From Candidatus Jorgensenbacteria bacterium (GTDB taxonomy: Bacteria; Patescibacteriota; Minisyncoccia; UBA6257; GWB1-50-10), in the NCBI GenBank assembly GCA_043797305.1, contig JAZDPW010000034.1:1-52700 (forward strand): DNA of 52,700 nt. The letters are read 5' to 3'. The position numbers and the translations under genes are program-made. The notes under the pieces were generated by a model. The model was not told the origin of the DNA, ran no database searches, and saw nothing but the letters and a program-made list of their open reading frames with translations. Shown one piece after another: positions 26,338-36,512 of this stretch (positions are counted from its first letter, which is position 1; every line of letters begins with the position of its first letter).

Positions 26338-28008
26338 TCAATTGAGGATTATTTTCACCTTGTCGGGATTTGCCGGCACCTCTTGAACCCAAAAGGGCCA
26401 AAGAGAGATATTCGCCCGTTCCAGGCCGGAGAGAAAAAAGACGGTTTTCCTCAATTCTTCCTCGTTCTGCCCGGCAAATTCCCGTTTCAGTTCTTCAACG
26501 TCGAGATTCGGCTCAAAGACCACTTTGCCCTCAACCGGGAAAACCATCGAAGTTTTTTCGAAATCTATTCGCGGTTCGCCGTAACTCATCACAAACTCTT
26601 TTACCCTGGTATTGGAATCAACGGTCTTCACAGCGTCGGAAACAACGGCTTCTTCGAGCATTTTTTCCTCAAAAACGAGGTAACGAAGCTCCGCCTCGGC
26701 AAAAACGCGGAAACTGCCCGCTTCGCCCGCGGAGCGAGGCAAGTCCTCACTCCCGGCTGTTTCGATTTTTTCGTTCAAAACCTCAAACTCCCGGGCGTCG
26801 GGAAAAACCTTGAACTTGTCGGAGAGCAAAATAAGGACTTGAGCCTCGAGAACGCCTTCCAAATCCGAAAGCAGTTTTGCTTTTCCTTTACTGATGTCCT
26901 CTTCCGTCGGCACGGCCTCTTCTCCCACAAATCCGCCGCTCATCGCCTCTTCGGAATCGGCATAAAAACCTTCGTACCGCGGGTCGCCTTTAAACCCCGG
27001 AATCCGCCAGTGCTTTTCCGGTCCGATGTTGTAATCATTTCCGGCTTCGTCGGCCGTAACCCTGACATTGATTTTGAAAGGAACGATTTTTCCGTTTTCA
27101 ATCTTCGCGCCGGGAATGGTTACACGCTCGGCAAGACGGAAAATTTTCCCGCTCGGAGAAACAAACCGGGTCGTCGCAACGAGGACCTGAGATTCGGAGC
27201 TGTAAGCGTTGTAAACCGTAAGGATGCCTCCCGCTTTTCTTTCAACTTTTTCCCGGCCGGAAGCGGGAAAACTCAAGCTCAGATTCCCCTTCGCCTTCAG
27301 GAGCTCGGCGGGAAGAATCACTTCCGTTCCTTCGGCCGAAGCGACTTGGTGCTTACTCGTCGCCTCCACTTCGTAAGCGAAGGTGACTGGAACTTTTTTA
27401 AGAATCATCTCCACGGTTGCTTTGGGCAAAACGCGGTTCGCGACAAACATACCGCCCAAAACAACAAGAACCAAGAGAGCGAAAGAAAAGGTTCTTTTCA
27501 AAACCCGGTGCCTTTTGTTGTTTCGGAAAGCCTTTTTCGCCTCAACCGGCATAACTATTTTCTTCGGCTCAATGTATATTTCTTCGTTCCGCCCCAAAAA
27601 TTCTTTGGGGCGAGGCTCGCCTCCTCCGGAGGCGGCAACCCTTTCTTCTACTTCCTCTTCCTCCACTATCTTTTCCTCAACGCTTGCCGCCGGCATCTTT
27701 TTGAACACTGGCCTCGGTAAAATGTCGGAAATAATTCTTTCTCTTTGCCTGAAAACCGGGTTAAAAGCCTTGATTTTGGCAAGGGACGCGAGCTCGAGAA
27801 TCCTATCGTCAACCGATTCAACGTGGAGCTCCTTATCGGCCGTCGAACTCTCTCTTTTCAGAACGTGGAAATTACTGACCGACGAAGCCAAAACCGAATC
27901 GCGGGGAATGTTCAAAACAACGATATGGCTCCTGGCTTCAATGAGCCGATGGACGGCAACATCGAGATCTTCGTTTTTATCGAGAAAGAATTTCTTTTCT
28001 GTTTTCAT
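26338..28008 (-). CDS. Membrane-anchored CPR protein with baseplate J/gp47-like domain
   Basis: Single TM helix, then KAGG.L.VYN...L...TRF...G..F...V.IPG...V.A...G..YNI...IPG pattern; true start MKTEKK at 28008. Confidence 0.7.
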   Translation of the reverse strand: MKTEKKFFLDKNEDLDVAVHRLIEARSHIVVLNIPRDSVLASSVSNFHVLKRESSTADKELHVESVDDRILELASLAKIKAFNPVFRQRERIISDILPRPVFKKMPAASVEEKIVEEEEVEERVAASGGGEPRPKEFLGRNEEIYIEPKKIVMPVEAKKAFRNNKRHRVLKRTFSFALLVLVVLGGMFVANRVLPKATVEMILKKVPVTFAYEVEATSKHQVASAEGTEVILPAELLKAKGNLSLSFPASGREKVERKAGGILTVYNAYSSESQVLVATTRFVSPSGKIFRLAERVTIPGAKIENGKIVPFKINVRVTADEAGNDYNIGPEKHWRIPGFKGDPRYEGFYADSEEAMSGGFVGEEAVPTEEDISKGKAKLLSDLEGVLEAQVLILLSDKFKVFPDAREFEVLNEKIETAGSEDLPRSAGEAGSFRVFAEAELRYLVFEEKMLEEAVVSDAVKTVDSNTRVKEFVMSYGEPRIDFEKTSMVFPVEGKVVFEPNLDVEELKREFAGQNEEELRKTVFFLSGLERANISLWPFWVQEVPANPDKVKIILN

Positions 28009-28302
28009 CCCCCACATAATTTACACAGACAGAGAGTGACTCAATCTCTCTTTGAGTCGGCGCAGACCTTGTTTGTGCAATTTAAGCTGATGCTCTCGAC
28101 GAAAAGCATCTTGTTTTGAGGTATAACCCTCGAAATAGATAAGTTTCCAAGGTAGATACTTCTTGGTGTGGTAGGATTTTTCCTGATTATGTTCTTTCAC
28201 TCTCTTCTCCAGGTTAGAGGTACATCCTACATATAGGGTTTTGTTTTCCATTGATTGCAACATATATACGTAGAACATAATCAGTGTAAGTTATGTGGGG
28301 GA
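28008..28302. mobile_element. 295-bp TIR element carrying only a GIY-YIG nuclease gene
   Basis: TIR TCCCCCACATAATTTACAC / GTGTAAGTTATGTGGGGGA (18/19); TTCA duplicated at 28004-28007 and 28303-28306. Confidence 0.85.
28021..28278 (-). CDS. Stand-alone GIY-YIG nuclease
   Basis: FYVY...LYVGCT..L..R..EHN...T....PWKL.YFE......A..RE..LK; AT-richer than its neighbours. Confidence 0.93.
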   Translation of the reverse strand: MFYVYMLQSMENKTLYVGCTSNLEKRVKEHNQEKSYHTKKYLPWKLIYFEGYTSKQDAFRREHQLKLHKQGLRRLKERLSHSLSV

Positions 28303-28316
28303 TTCATGGCTTGTGA

Positions 28317-29456
28317 TTAGGGTTTTGCGGTGAGCCACCTCGCCCGGCGGGCAAGAAGGTCGTTCAAAAATCCGTACTGGGGCGGGAAATAAACGTGAGT
28401 GACAAAAGCGAGAACGTTGTCAGTGTTCAAAAACGGCGCGCTTTCCCGATTTATTATAACACCATAACCCTGCCCCGTAAGCAAATCCCTGAAATTGATG
28501 AGCCTAATCCGGGACCCAAAGAATCTGCCAAGAAACCTGGACGGTAGGTTCAGGCTAAGACACGGGCCGGCTTGCCGACTCCGCTCCCTTGATTTGGGAA
28601 GAAGCTTCAACAAATCCTCGATTTCTTCCTTAATCATTCCTTCTATCGCTTTCTTAATCTTGCCGGCGGGAGGTTCTTTGTCGAAAGAGAGGAGAATTTC
28701 GAGGGCGGTATCGGCGGAAACACCGAAAAAGGCGGCTATTTTCCTCAAAATCAAGCCGCTCCCCCACGGCAGGGCCTTGAAATGAATCCAATCCTCTTCA
28801 CCGTTTGCGAAAACGTGAGTAACTTTGTCGCCGACAAAGGCAAAATAATCGGAGGGCGAGGGAATCGAGAGCCCGAGAACCGCGCCGCCTTCAACGAGAA
28901 TTTTTTCCCGCCCCCAATTTTCCATTTTTTCGATGAGCGCTTTCTGGTTCCGATGGATGAAAGTCCCCCGGTAGCGAAAACAAAGATTCGCGCCTTTAAA
29001 GCCCTGCGGATTGAAAACCCGGTAAGAGCCCAAGGAAACTTCTCTTATTTCGGCGTCGGCGAGAATCAAATCCATGTCACCACACCCTAGTTTTTTCGAA
29101 ACCGTGCTCCGGTAACGACTCAAAAATTCCCAAAGACCCCGAAAAACGAGACTATCGATCTCGGTTTCGTTTATCGGCTCGTCCGGCTCGTTCCTTTTGA
29201 GATGAATCACGCTCTCGACCGTAACGGCTTTTTCCGAACCGACGGCCAAAATCACCTTGTCGACCGGGAAAAGAGGTTTTTTGATTTCTTCAAAGTTTTT
29301 TACGAAGTCGGTGCCGTAAACTTTTATTTTTTTATCCTTGCTTCTGATTTTCGCCCTGGTCACGCCAAAACCGGAGACAAGCTCCTCGACAACCAAAAAA
29401 GACTCCTGCTCGCTTTTTGGCAGTTTCTTCAACTTATCGAAAAGCTCGCCAATCAC
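28317..29456 (-). CDS. Degenerate FtsA/actin-like-fold protein (CPR type)
   Basis: R..P...I...E, I.EV.L..Y.V.NP.GF.G, LPWGS..I...IA..FGVS...A..I patterns; no clear ATP-binding loops. Confidence 0.55.
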   Translation of the reverse strand: MIGELFDKLKKLPKSEQESFLVVEELVSGFGVTRAKIRSKDKKIKVYGTDFVKNFEEIKKPLFPVDKVILAVGSEKAVTVESVIHLKRNEPDEPINETEIDSLVFRGLWEFLSRYRSTVSKKLGCGDMDLILADAEIREVSLGSYRVFNPQGFKGANLCFRYRGTFIHRNQKALIEKMENWGREKILVEGGAVLGLSIPSPSDYFAFVGDKVTHVFANGEEDWIHFKALPWGSGLILRKIAAFFGVSADTALEILLSFDKEPPAGKIKKAIEGMIKEEIEDLLKLLPKSRERSRQAGPCLSLNLPSRFLGRFFGSRIRLINFRDLLTGQGYGVIINRESAPFLNTDNVLAFVTHVYFPPQYGFLNDLLARRARWLTAKP

Positions 29457-29472
29457 TATTTAGAGTATAACC

Positions 29473-30018
29473 CTAACGTATTAGCGCCACAATGCTTGAA
29501 GGCTTTTTGTTCCGTTTCCCCCCATCGAGATAAAAATCGACTTTGGGGCCGAAATATTTTTTCGCTTCGGCGATTGTTTTTGCCGGCGACTTGCCCGAGG
29601 GGTTGGCTGAAGGAGCAATAAGCGGACCGGTCTTCTTCAGGAGTTCGCGAAGCCGTTTACTTTTCGGCAGACGAAAGGCAATTGAATTCTTGCCGCGGTG
29701 AAGGTAGGAAAATTTTTTGCTCTCACACGGCAGAATCACACTCACGGGTCCCGTCCCCTTGACGCGGCTCGGGGTAAACCAAAGCGCTTTTAGGATTTTT
29801 AAGTGTTCCTGGCTTGCCTTCACGCCGAATTTTTTCAAATCATAAGGAGATGCGATTAAAACGATAAACGGCTTGTTTTTCTCGCGTTTCCTTACCAGAT
29901 AAATTCTCTCCACTGCCGGACGGGAGAGAGCTAACCCGACCAGACCGTAAAGGGTATCGGTCGGCATCACTCCAATACCGCCTTTTTCAAGGATTTTTGC
30001 GATTTCTCCGGTTGTCAT
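29473..30018 (-). CDS. tsaC: L-threonylcarbamoyladenylate synthase (Sua5/YrdC)
   Basis: PTDTLYGL, K.R...KP, GPVSVI, AFRLP, APSANPSG. Confidence 0.93.
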   Translation of the reverse strand: MTTGEIAKILEKGGIGVMPTDTLYGLVGLALSRPAVERIYLVRKREKNKPFIVLIASPYDLKKFGVKASQEHLKILKALWFTPSRVKGTGPVSVILPCESKKFSYLHRGKNSIAFRLPKSKRLRELLKKTGPLIAPSANPSGKSPAKTIAEAKKYFGPKVDFYLDGGKRNKKPSSIVALIR

Positions 30019-30057
30019 TTATCCATTATACCCTCGTATCTTAACTTTCAACAACGG

Positions 30058-30083
30058 GGGTGGTATACTTTAGTATACCACCC
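30058..30083. promoter_or_regulatory. 26-bp palindrome overlapping a -10-like TATACT; candidate operator
   Basis: GGGTGGTATACT-TT-AGTATACCACCC directly before the ATG of the TrpR-like gene. Confidence 0.55.
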
Positions 30084-30365
30084 ATGTCGAGAACCAGCAG
30101 GAAAAATTTCGGCAAGGACCTGAAGAACAAGATTTGGAAGACTTTCTGGGCGGAAGCGGAAAAGTCAAAAAAAACCGGCCCGGCGGATTTTCTTTTAAAA
30201 TTCCTCACCGAAGAAGAAAAAACGATTCTGGAAAAGAGACTGGCGGCGGTTTATTTCCTGAAACAGGGCGAGAGTTTGAGAGAAACGAGCAAGAAAGCCG
30301 ATGTCGCCAAAAAAACCGTGATTTTCATCAAGCGCGGTTTGAAGAAAACGAACTACAAAAAATAG
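30084..30365 (+). CDS. TrpR/YerC-like helix-turn-helix protein
   Basis: FL..FLT.EE...LEKRL....L..G.S.RE....A.V...TV. Confidence 0.75.
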   Translation: MSRTSRKNFGKDLKNKIWKTFWAEAEKSKKTGPADFLLKFLTEEEKTILEKRLAAVYFLKQGESLRETSKKADVAKKTVIFIKRGLKKTNYKK

Positions 30366-30373
30366 CCCGTTTT

Positions 30374-32080
30374 CTATTCCACAGTGGCGCGGAGGCGGCG
30401 GACTCCGGCCGATGAGGCCTCTTCTTTGACGATTTTGAACCTGCCGATTTCGCCGGTGCGGGTAACGTGCGGTCCGCCGCAAAACTCCTTGCTCCAGGCG
30501 TTATCGAGCGACTTGCCGATGTAATAAACCTTCACCTTATCCGGATACTTGCCTTTGAAAAAGTGGAGAGCGCCGGTTTTTTCCGCCTCTTCTTTCGGCA
30601 TTTCCCTGAAACTTACCGGTATATCCTCCTTTATTTTGGCGTTTACGATTTCTTCGGCTTTTTCGATTTCTTCCTTCGTCATCTTCTGTGGAAAGGTGAA
30701 ATCGAAACGCGTCCGCTCGGTGGTGATATCCGAGCCGCGCTGGGCGACCTCGGGACCCAGTACTTCCCGAAGCGCCTGATTCAGTAAGTGAGTCGCGGTA
30801 TGAAGCCGGGTTACCTTTTTCAATTCTTCCTCGCTCCCGGCCTTGAGCTCGCCGGTGTCCAAAACGAGACCGTGACCACCGAATTTCTTTTCCTGACCGG
30901 CCCGGGAAACTTCCTGGTGCTTTTCGAACTCCCTGTCAAAATCCTCGCGATTCAATTTCTTGGCTTTATCCCCACCCAATTCTTTTATAATTTCGTAAGG
31001 TAAGCCATAGCTCGAAAAAATATTGAAAGCCTTTTTGGCGTCCAGATTCTCAATCTTATTCAGTTCCCTCAATCCGGTCTGAAGCGTCTTTCCGAAACGT
31101 TCCCTTTCGGCATTGAACTCTTCAAGAACTACTTCGCCGTTCAGCTCGGGATAAAAACTTTCGTAATTCTCGAAAATTTCCTCAAAAACATGCTGGGGGT
31201 CAATCTTATTACCGGCAAGATAAAAATGAGTAACGAGGCGGCGAATCAGCCGGCGCAATATATAACCCGCTTCCTTGTTGGAAGGACGGACGCCGTCGGA
31301 GATGAGAAAAGCGATGCCTCGGCTGTGGTCGGCCAAAATCCGCTTCGTTCTCTCGCTCAACTCTTCCGGCAAAAATTTCATAAGCGGCTTAAATAAATCC
31401 GTCTCGAAAATCGTCGGTACTTTTTGCGAGACCATCGCAAGCCGTTCCAGACCCATTCCCGTATCCACGCCCAGCGTTTTCAACTTTTCCAGCTTGCCGC
31501 CCGGTCGGCTGTAGTACTCGTTGAAAACTATGTTCCAAATCTCCACGCCCCTTACGTAAACCTCGGTGGTGGGACCGCAAGGCCCTTCCGAACCGGTCGG
31601 CCCCCAAAAATTGTCTTCCCGGCCGAATCTTCTCACGTCGGTAACGCCCAAACTCCTCCAGACTTTTTCCGATTCCTCGTCGGGCGGCACTTCCTTGTCT
31701 CCCTCAAAAACGCTCACGTAATCAATCTTCAGTTTCATTTCCCCGGTGATGAATTCGTGAGCGTACCTTATCGCCTTTTCTTTGAAATATCCGCCAAAAG
31801 AAAAATTGCCGAGCATTTCGAAAAAGGTGAGGTGCGACTCGTCACCGACTTCGTCGATATCCGAGGTTCGAAAAGATTTTTGAATTGAAGCCGTGTTGCG
31901 GCTTCCAAAATCCTTCATCGGGTCGAGCTCGCCGGTAAAGTGCCGCTTGAACTGCTGCATACCGGCGGTGGTGATAAGTACCGAGGGGTCGTCGGAAACG
32001 AGGGACGACGAGGGCACAATCGCATGGCCTCTTTCCCTGAAAAATTCCAAAAACAGTTTTCTTATTTTTTCCGAACTCAT
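30374..32080 (-). CDS. alaS: Alanyl-tRNA synthetase (no C-Ala domain)
   Basis: TAGMQQFK, HLTFFEMLGNFS, VDTGMGLER, editing HTATH and EFCGGPHV. Confidence 0.97.
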   Translation of the reverse strand: MSSEKIRKLFLEFFRERGHAIVPSSSLVSDDPSVLITTAGMQQFKRHFTGELDPMKDFGSRNTASIQKSFRTSDIDEVGDESHLTFFEMLGNFSFGGYFKEKAIRYAHEFITGEMKLKIDYVSVFEGDKEVPPDEESEKVWRSLGVTDVRRFGREDNFWGPTGSEGPCGPTTEVYVRGVEIWNIVFNEYYSRPGGKLEKLKTLGVDTGMGLERLAMVSQKVPTIFETDLFKPLMKFLPEELSERTKRILADHSRGIAFLISDGVRPSNKEAGYILRRLIRRLVTHFYLAGNKIDPQHVFEEIFENYESFYPELNGEVVLEEFNAERERFGKTLQTGLRELNKIENLDAKKAFNIFSSYGLPYEIIKELGGDKAKKLNREDFDREFEKHQEVSRAGQEKKFGGHGLVLDTGELKAGSEEELKKVTRLHTATHLLNQALREVLGPEVAQRGSDITTERTRFDFTFPQKMTKEEIEKAEEIVNAKIKEDIPVSFREMPKEEAEKTGALHFFKGKYPDKVKVYYIGKSLDNAWSKEFCGGPHVTRTGEIGRFKIVKEEASSAGVRRLRATVE

Positions 32081-32160
32081 GCCAAATTTATTAAAATTTG
32101 CGAACCTTTGGTGAAGTAAATTTTACCATAAATTTGAGCACTCTGAGGCGCATCGAAGAG

Positions 32161-33531
32161 TTACCTGTTATTCACTATAAGCACCTCAAGCTCGGCAAGC
32201 ATTATTTTGGCGTTCTTGATTTCGGAGGCGGTGTCCGCTTCAAGAATGGTTCTCTCGGCCCTGTCGAAAAACTCGTAAATTTCCGGCGCCGCTTCCCGGA
32301 TAAGATTCTTGGTTTTTGCGACATTTACGAGGTCGTCAAACTGGATTCTCAAAGAAAGATTGTCTTCCTTGATTTCTTCCTTCAGACGAAGCTGGCTCAA
32401 GCCGTTCTCGGCGGCGGCTTGAGCGGCCGTGGCCTGGCCAAAAGCCGTTGCGAGCTGCCCCTCGCCCAAAAGACTGCCGGCTTGGGTGAGATGAAATTCC
32501 GCTCTTTCCAAAATCTCGGCAACCGTTTTTGAAGAAATATATTCGTCCGACGAAATTCTCGTTTTCAATTCCGCCGTCACCTTTTCGGCCTCGTAAATCA
32601 GATTGGTGAGCGATTCTTCCTCCACCATATCGCCATTGCTGTCCCGCAGGGCGTTCTGCCGGATGATATTCAATTCACTCTTCAGGTCGCCGTCGGATAT
32701 TCTTTCCCTTATTTGGTCGAAAATACCAAGATCGGTGGCGTTTTTTACCGGCAGAAAATCAAGGTGGGGCACCACTTCCCCCGGTTCCGCCTTAAAGCGC
32801 CCCTCGAAACCGGTAGTTAAATCGGTTTCCAATTCCCGAATTTTATTCCGGATATCTTCCGGCACTTTCTCCTCGATATAATTCAAAACATAGATGACAC
32901 GAAGCTCCTTTAAGGGGTTGTCTTTAAGGCCGGACAAAATGCCCTCCACCCGGGTTTTGAAATTGTCGGCCGAATCAAGCTTGGTTACCGCTTCCCCCAC
33001 CGCCATCTCCAGCTCCGTTTTGGCGGAGGAAAGTTCTTCCTTTACTCCGGTGATGCCCTCGAGTTCGCCGAAAATTTCTTCGTGTTTGATGATTCGGTCC
33101 ATAAGGGAGTTGAGAAGGCGCTCCACGTTCTCATTCCCGCTCGTCTCATTGAGAGAGGAAATCTTCTGCCGCAACCGCTCGGCGTTTTCTTTGTAATTTT
33201 GAAGAGCGAGGGTCAAACCCTTTTCGCTGCCTTTTTCTTCCAGGGCTTTAATCTCGGCGGCAAGTTCGTTCATGATCTCCGTCTCAAGATAAGCATCCTT
33301 CGAAGCGCCGAAGGAGAAAAGCCGGCGGATTCCCCGCTGCCAATTTTTCAGGAAGTAAAGCGGCTCGCCCGGCAGAAGCTTCGGCTCGTTGAGACCCAAA
33401 TCTTCAAAAGTTATTTCGAGTCCGGTTTCGTCTTCGACTCCTTCGTGAGCTTTAACAACCAGAGAAACCGCTCCGAAAAGAAGGCTTAGCACTAAAACGA
33501 CTATGGCGATTTTCCCGAAGTTATTTGTCAT
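32161..33531 (-). CDS. Secreted helical protein, DUF5667-like
   Basis: Signal peptide; P.LLP..PLYFLK.W.R.I...F.F motif. Confidence 0.75.
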   Translation of the reverse strand: MTNNFGKIAIVVLVLSLLFGAVSLVVKAHEGVEDETGLEITFEDLGLNEPKLLPGEPLYFLKNWQRGIRRLFSFGASKDAYLETEIMNELAAEIKALEEKGSEKGLTLALQNYKENAERLRQKISSLNETSGNENVERLLNSLMDRIIKHEEIFGELEGITGVKEELSSAKTELEMAVGEAVTKLDSADNFKTRVEGILSGLKDNPLKELRVIYVLNYIEEKVPEDIRNKIRELETDLTTGFEGRFKAEPGEVVPHLDFLPVKNATDLGIFDQIRERISDGDLKSELNIIRQNALRDSNGDMVEEESLTNLIYEAEKVTAELKTRISSDEYISSKTVAEILERAEFHLTQAGSLLGEGQLATAFGQATAAQAAAENGLSQLRLKEEIKEDNLSLRIQFDDLVNVAKTKNLIREAAPEIYEFFDRAERTILEADTASEIKNAKIMLAELEVLIVNNR

Positions 33532-33553
33532 CAGTCATTTGTCATCGGTCAGC

Positions 33554-34768
33554 TCAGTACCCTTCGAGCTTCTTGGCTTCTTGGTGCTGCCTGATTCTTT
33601 CAAGCGACTTGGCTTCAATTTGGCGAATCCGTTCGCGAGTAACGCCAAAAACCTTGCCGACTTCCTCCAGGGTGTGGGTAATGTTGTCCTCGAGACCGAA
33701 CCTCATTGAAAGTATTTTTTGCTCGCGCTCGGTAAGGTCGTTCAAAATTCCCCGGATTTGGTCCCGAAGAAGAGCCTGGCTCGCCAGTTGATCGGGGCTC
33801 AGACTCGATTCGTCTTTGATAAAGTCCGACAACGTCGAATCCTCGCCGTCGTCTCCGACCGGCGACTCGAGGGATATCACTTCCTGGGAAATTTTCTGGA
33901 TGTAGCGGATTTTTTCGACATCGAGACTCATTTCGGTGGCGACTTCTTCAGGCAGCGGTTCGCGGCCCAATTCCTGCATAAGGCGCCGTTTGGCTTGGGT
34001 ATATTTGGTAATCGTCTCAACCATATGAACCGGAATCCTGATGGTCCGGGAATAATCGGCAAGAGCCCGGGTTATCGCCTGCCGAATCCACCAGGTGGCG
34101 TAAGTGGAAAATTTGAAGCCTTTTTTGTAATCAAACTTATCGACTGCCCGGGAAAGACCGATGTTTCCCTCCTGAATCAAATCGAGAATGGAAAGATGGG
34201 GACTGCGGTTCACGTAGCGTTTGGCAAGCGACACCACCAGCCGCAGGTTTGCCTGCACGAGCTTTTTCCTTGCCATCTCGTCTCCTCTTTCGATTCTTTT
34301 GGCAAGCTCCTTTTCCTCTTTGGAAGTAAGAAGCGGGGTACGGCCTATTTCTTTCAAATACATCTGGACGGCATCGGGCAAGTCCGGTTCAAGCCGGGTC
34401 GCATCCGTAAGTTCCTTGGCGCTTATATCTTCAACGCCGCTTTCCATAATCGAGCCCGATTCCCTTACTTTAATGCCCTCCCTATCGAGCCGGTCGTAAA
34501 CCTTCTCGAGAAACGAAAGGTTCTTCTCGATGTTGGGAAAATAATTCAGCACTTCCGCATCGGTTAGAAAACCCCTCACCCGTCCCCGTTCGACGAGGTA
34601 CTGGAGAGATTCTTCGAATTCTTCCGGCGGTTTCTTGGGAACCCTCCCCGATTTTACGGCTTTCTTCAATCGCTTCCTGTTTTTGGCAGCGGCTTTTTTT
34701 CTATTTACCACTTTCCTTTCCATTATTTTCTTTTTCCTTCTTTTCAAGGCTTTTTTCTTTTTCTTCAT
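33554..34768 (-). CDS. rpoD: Primary sigma-70 factor
   Basis: [51 protein letters not shown]. Confidence 0.97.
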   Translation of the reverse strand: MKKKKKALKRRKKKIMERKVVNRKKAAAKNRKRLKKAVKSGRVPKKPPEEFEESLQYLVERGRVRGFLTDAEVLNYFPNIEKNLSFLEKVYDRLDREGIKVRESGSIMESGVEDISAKELTDATRLEPDLPDAVQMYLKEIGRTPLLTSKEEKELAKRIERGDEMARKKLVQANLRLVVSLAKRYVNRSPHLSILDLIQEGNIGLSRAVDKFDYKKGFKFSTYATWWIRQAITRALADYSRTIRIPVHMVETITKYTQAKRRLMQELGREPLPEEVATEMSLDVEKIRYIQKISQEVISLESPVGDDGEDSTLSDFIKDESSLSPDQLASQALLRDQIRGILNDLTEREQKILSMRFGLEDNITHTLEEVGKVFGVTRERIRQIEAKSLERIRQHQEAKKLEGY

Positions 34769-34773
34769 TGTTT

Positions 34774-36456
34774 TTATTTAAGCTCGTTTATTTTTCTTGC
34801 GACGACGTTGAATCTGACTATAATATCGGAAAGTTTTCCACTCTCGCCCTTCTCTTCGGCCAGACGAATCTCTCCCCGCAATTCGTCCAGCTCGCGCTTC
34901 AGGGATTCTATCTGGAGCTGGCGCACCAGGTCGTTAAATTCTCCGTTTAACGCCTCCTCGTCTTTATCGGCAAATTCGTAACTGCCCCGAAGCTCCAAGA
35001 GTCCCACCTCTTCCGCTCCGGGATCGGCTAAAATCTTGCGATACCTTACAGGCAGCCACTCCTCGTAGGGAGAAAGGTTGGAGCGGAAAGTCGGATTGGA
35101 AAAAGCCAGAGACAAAAGGCGGGCGGAAATCAAATCCACTCTTTCTCTCGGGAGCGGAGCGCCGACCGCTATCGGCTCGGTTTCGCTCTTTTCGACGAGA
35201 GGAAGGTTTTCGAGTTCGCCCGTTAAAGCCACTTCCGAAATGCCGGAGAAACGGGAAAGTTCTTTCAGCCATTCGCTTGCCTCCACCCGGCTTTTGAGGC
35301 CCCGGACTTTCAAAAGCATTTTCCGGAGAACTCTTTTCTTCTCCGCGATGTCTTTGCCCAATCCGGCAAAGTAATGTTCGAAAACGCTTCTTAACGCGGG
35401 GCTCGCATCCCCGATCGCCCGGCTGAGATACTTTTCGTCGGCGGCGGCGGCCTCCGCCGGGTCTTTGAACTTGCCCAAGCTTATCACTTTGGTGTGAAAA
35501 TCGTAATTGTTGAAAATGTCGAGCGCCCGCTCGAGAGCGCGTTCCCCGGCATCGTCGTTGTCAAAGCTCAAAATTACCGTGTCGGCCACGCGCTTCAACC
35601 TCGTAAGGTGGTCGCTGGTGAGTCCCGTGCCGGAAACGGCAACCACGTTTTTTACTCCTGTCTGCCAGGCCATCAAAAAATCCATCTGACCCTCAACGAT
35701 GAAGACCGTGCGGCTTCCGGCAATCTCGCCTTTCGATTTGTCGAAACCGTAGAGAATCCGTGACTTCGAAAAAATCGGCGTCTCCGGCGAATTAAGGTAT
35801 TTCGGCATTTTTGACCCTTCTTCTTGCAGGAGCCGGCCGGTGAAAGCGACTGTTTTACCAAGCGAATTGGAAATGGGGAAAATAAGGCGCCTTTGAAACC
35901 GGTCGCGGTAGAGTCCGTCCAAATTTTTATTGGCAAGACCGGCTTTGACGATATCCAAAACGTCAAACCCCTGTTTAATAAGGTGAAGGGCAAGCGATTC
36001 GCCGCCGGGAGCAAAACCGAGTCCGAACTCCCCGATTGTCTCCGGGACGAGCCCCCGGCTTTTAAAATATTTTAGGGCTTCTTCGTTTTTCGAAAGCTCG
36101 CCCGCATAAAAAGATTTTGCCGATTCGTGAATTCGGTAGAGAATCCCGAATTGTTTCTCCAGAGCGGGATTTAGGGTAGCAATCGCCACGCCGGCCTTCT
36201 CGGCCAGGAACCGGATAGCTTCGGGAAACTCCAGGTTTTCGTGGCGCATCACGAAAGTTATCAAATCGCCGCCCAAGCCGCAGCCGAAGCAGTGCCACAT
36301 CTTCCGCTCGGGTGAAACGATGAAAGACGGCGTCTTCTCGGCGTGGAAGGGACAAAGCGCTTTGAAATTCTTGCCGGCGGGCGAGAGCTGGAGATAAGAG
36401 CGCAGGAAGTCAACCAAATCCAACCTCTCTTTAATTAGGTCGGTCTCTCGAGTCAT
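34774..36456 (-). CDS. dnaG: DNA primase
   Basis: CPFH.EKTPSF...[23 protein letters not shown]. Confidence 0.97.
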   Translation of the reverse strand: MTRETDLIKERLDLVDFLRSYLQLSPAGKNFKALCPFHAEKTPSFIVSPERKMWHCFGCGLGGDLITFVMRHENLEFPEAIRFLAEKAGVAIATLNPALEKQFGILYRIHESAKSFYAGELSKNEEALKYFKSRGLVPETIGEFGLGFAPGGESLALHLIKQGFDVLDIVKAGLANKNLDGLYRDRFQRRLIFPISNSLGKTVAFTGRLLQEEGSKMPKYLNSPETPIFSKSRILYGFDKSKGEIAGSRTVFIVEGQMDFLMAWQTGVKNVVAVSGTGLTSDHLTRLKRVADTVILSFDNDDAGERALERALDIFNNYDFHTKVISLGKFKDPAEAAAADEKYLSRAIGDASPALRSVFEHYFAGLGKDIAEKKRVLRKMLLKVRGLKSRVEASEWLKELSRFSGISEVALTGELENLPLVEKSETEPIAVGAPLPRERVDLISARLLSLAFSNPTFRSNLSPYEEWLPVRYRKILADPGAEEVGLLELRGSYEFADKDEEALNGEFNDLVRQLQIESLKRELDELRGEIRLAEEKGESGKLSDIIVRFNVVARKINELK

Positions 36457-36512
36457 TATTTGGAAGTTTACCTGTTTTGGCGCCCGAAATCAAACCGCGG
36501 GGCGCAAAAAAC

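Noticed and set aside
26383-27720. 445-aa plus-strand ORF
   Set aside because: Antisense shadow of the baseplate-like gene; no motifs and Phe/Arg-rich composition typical of reverse frames.
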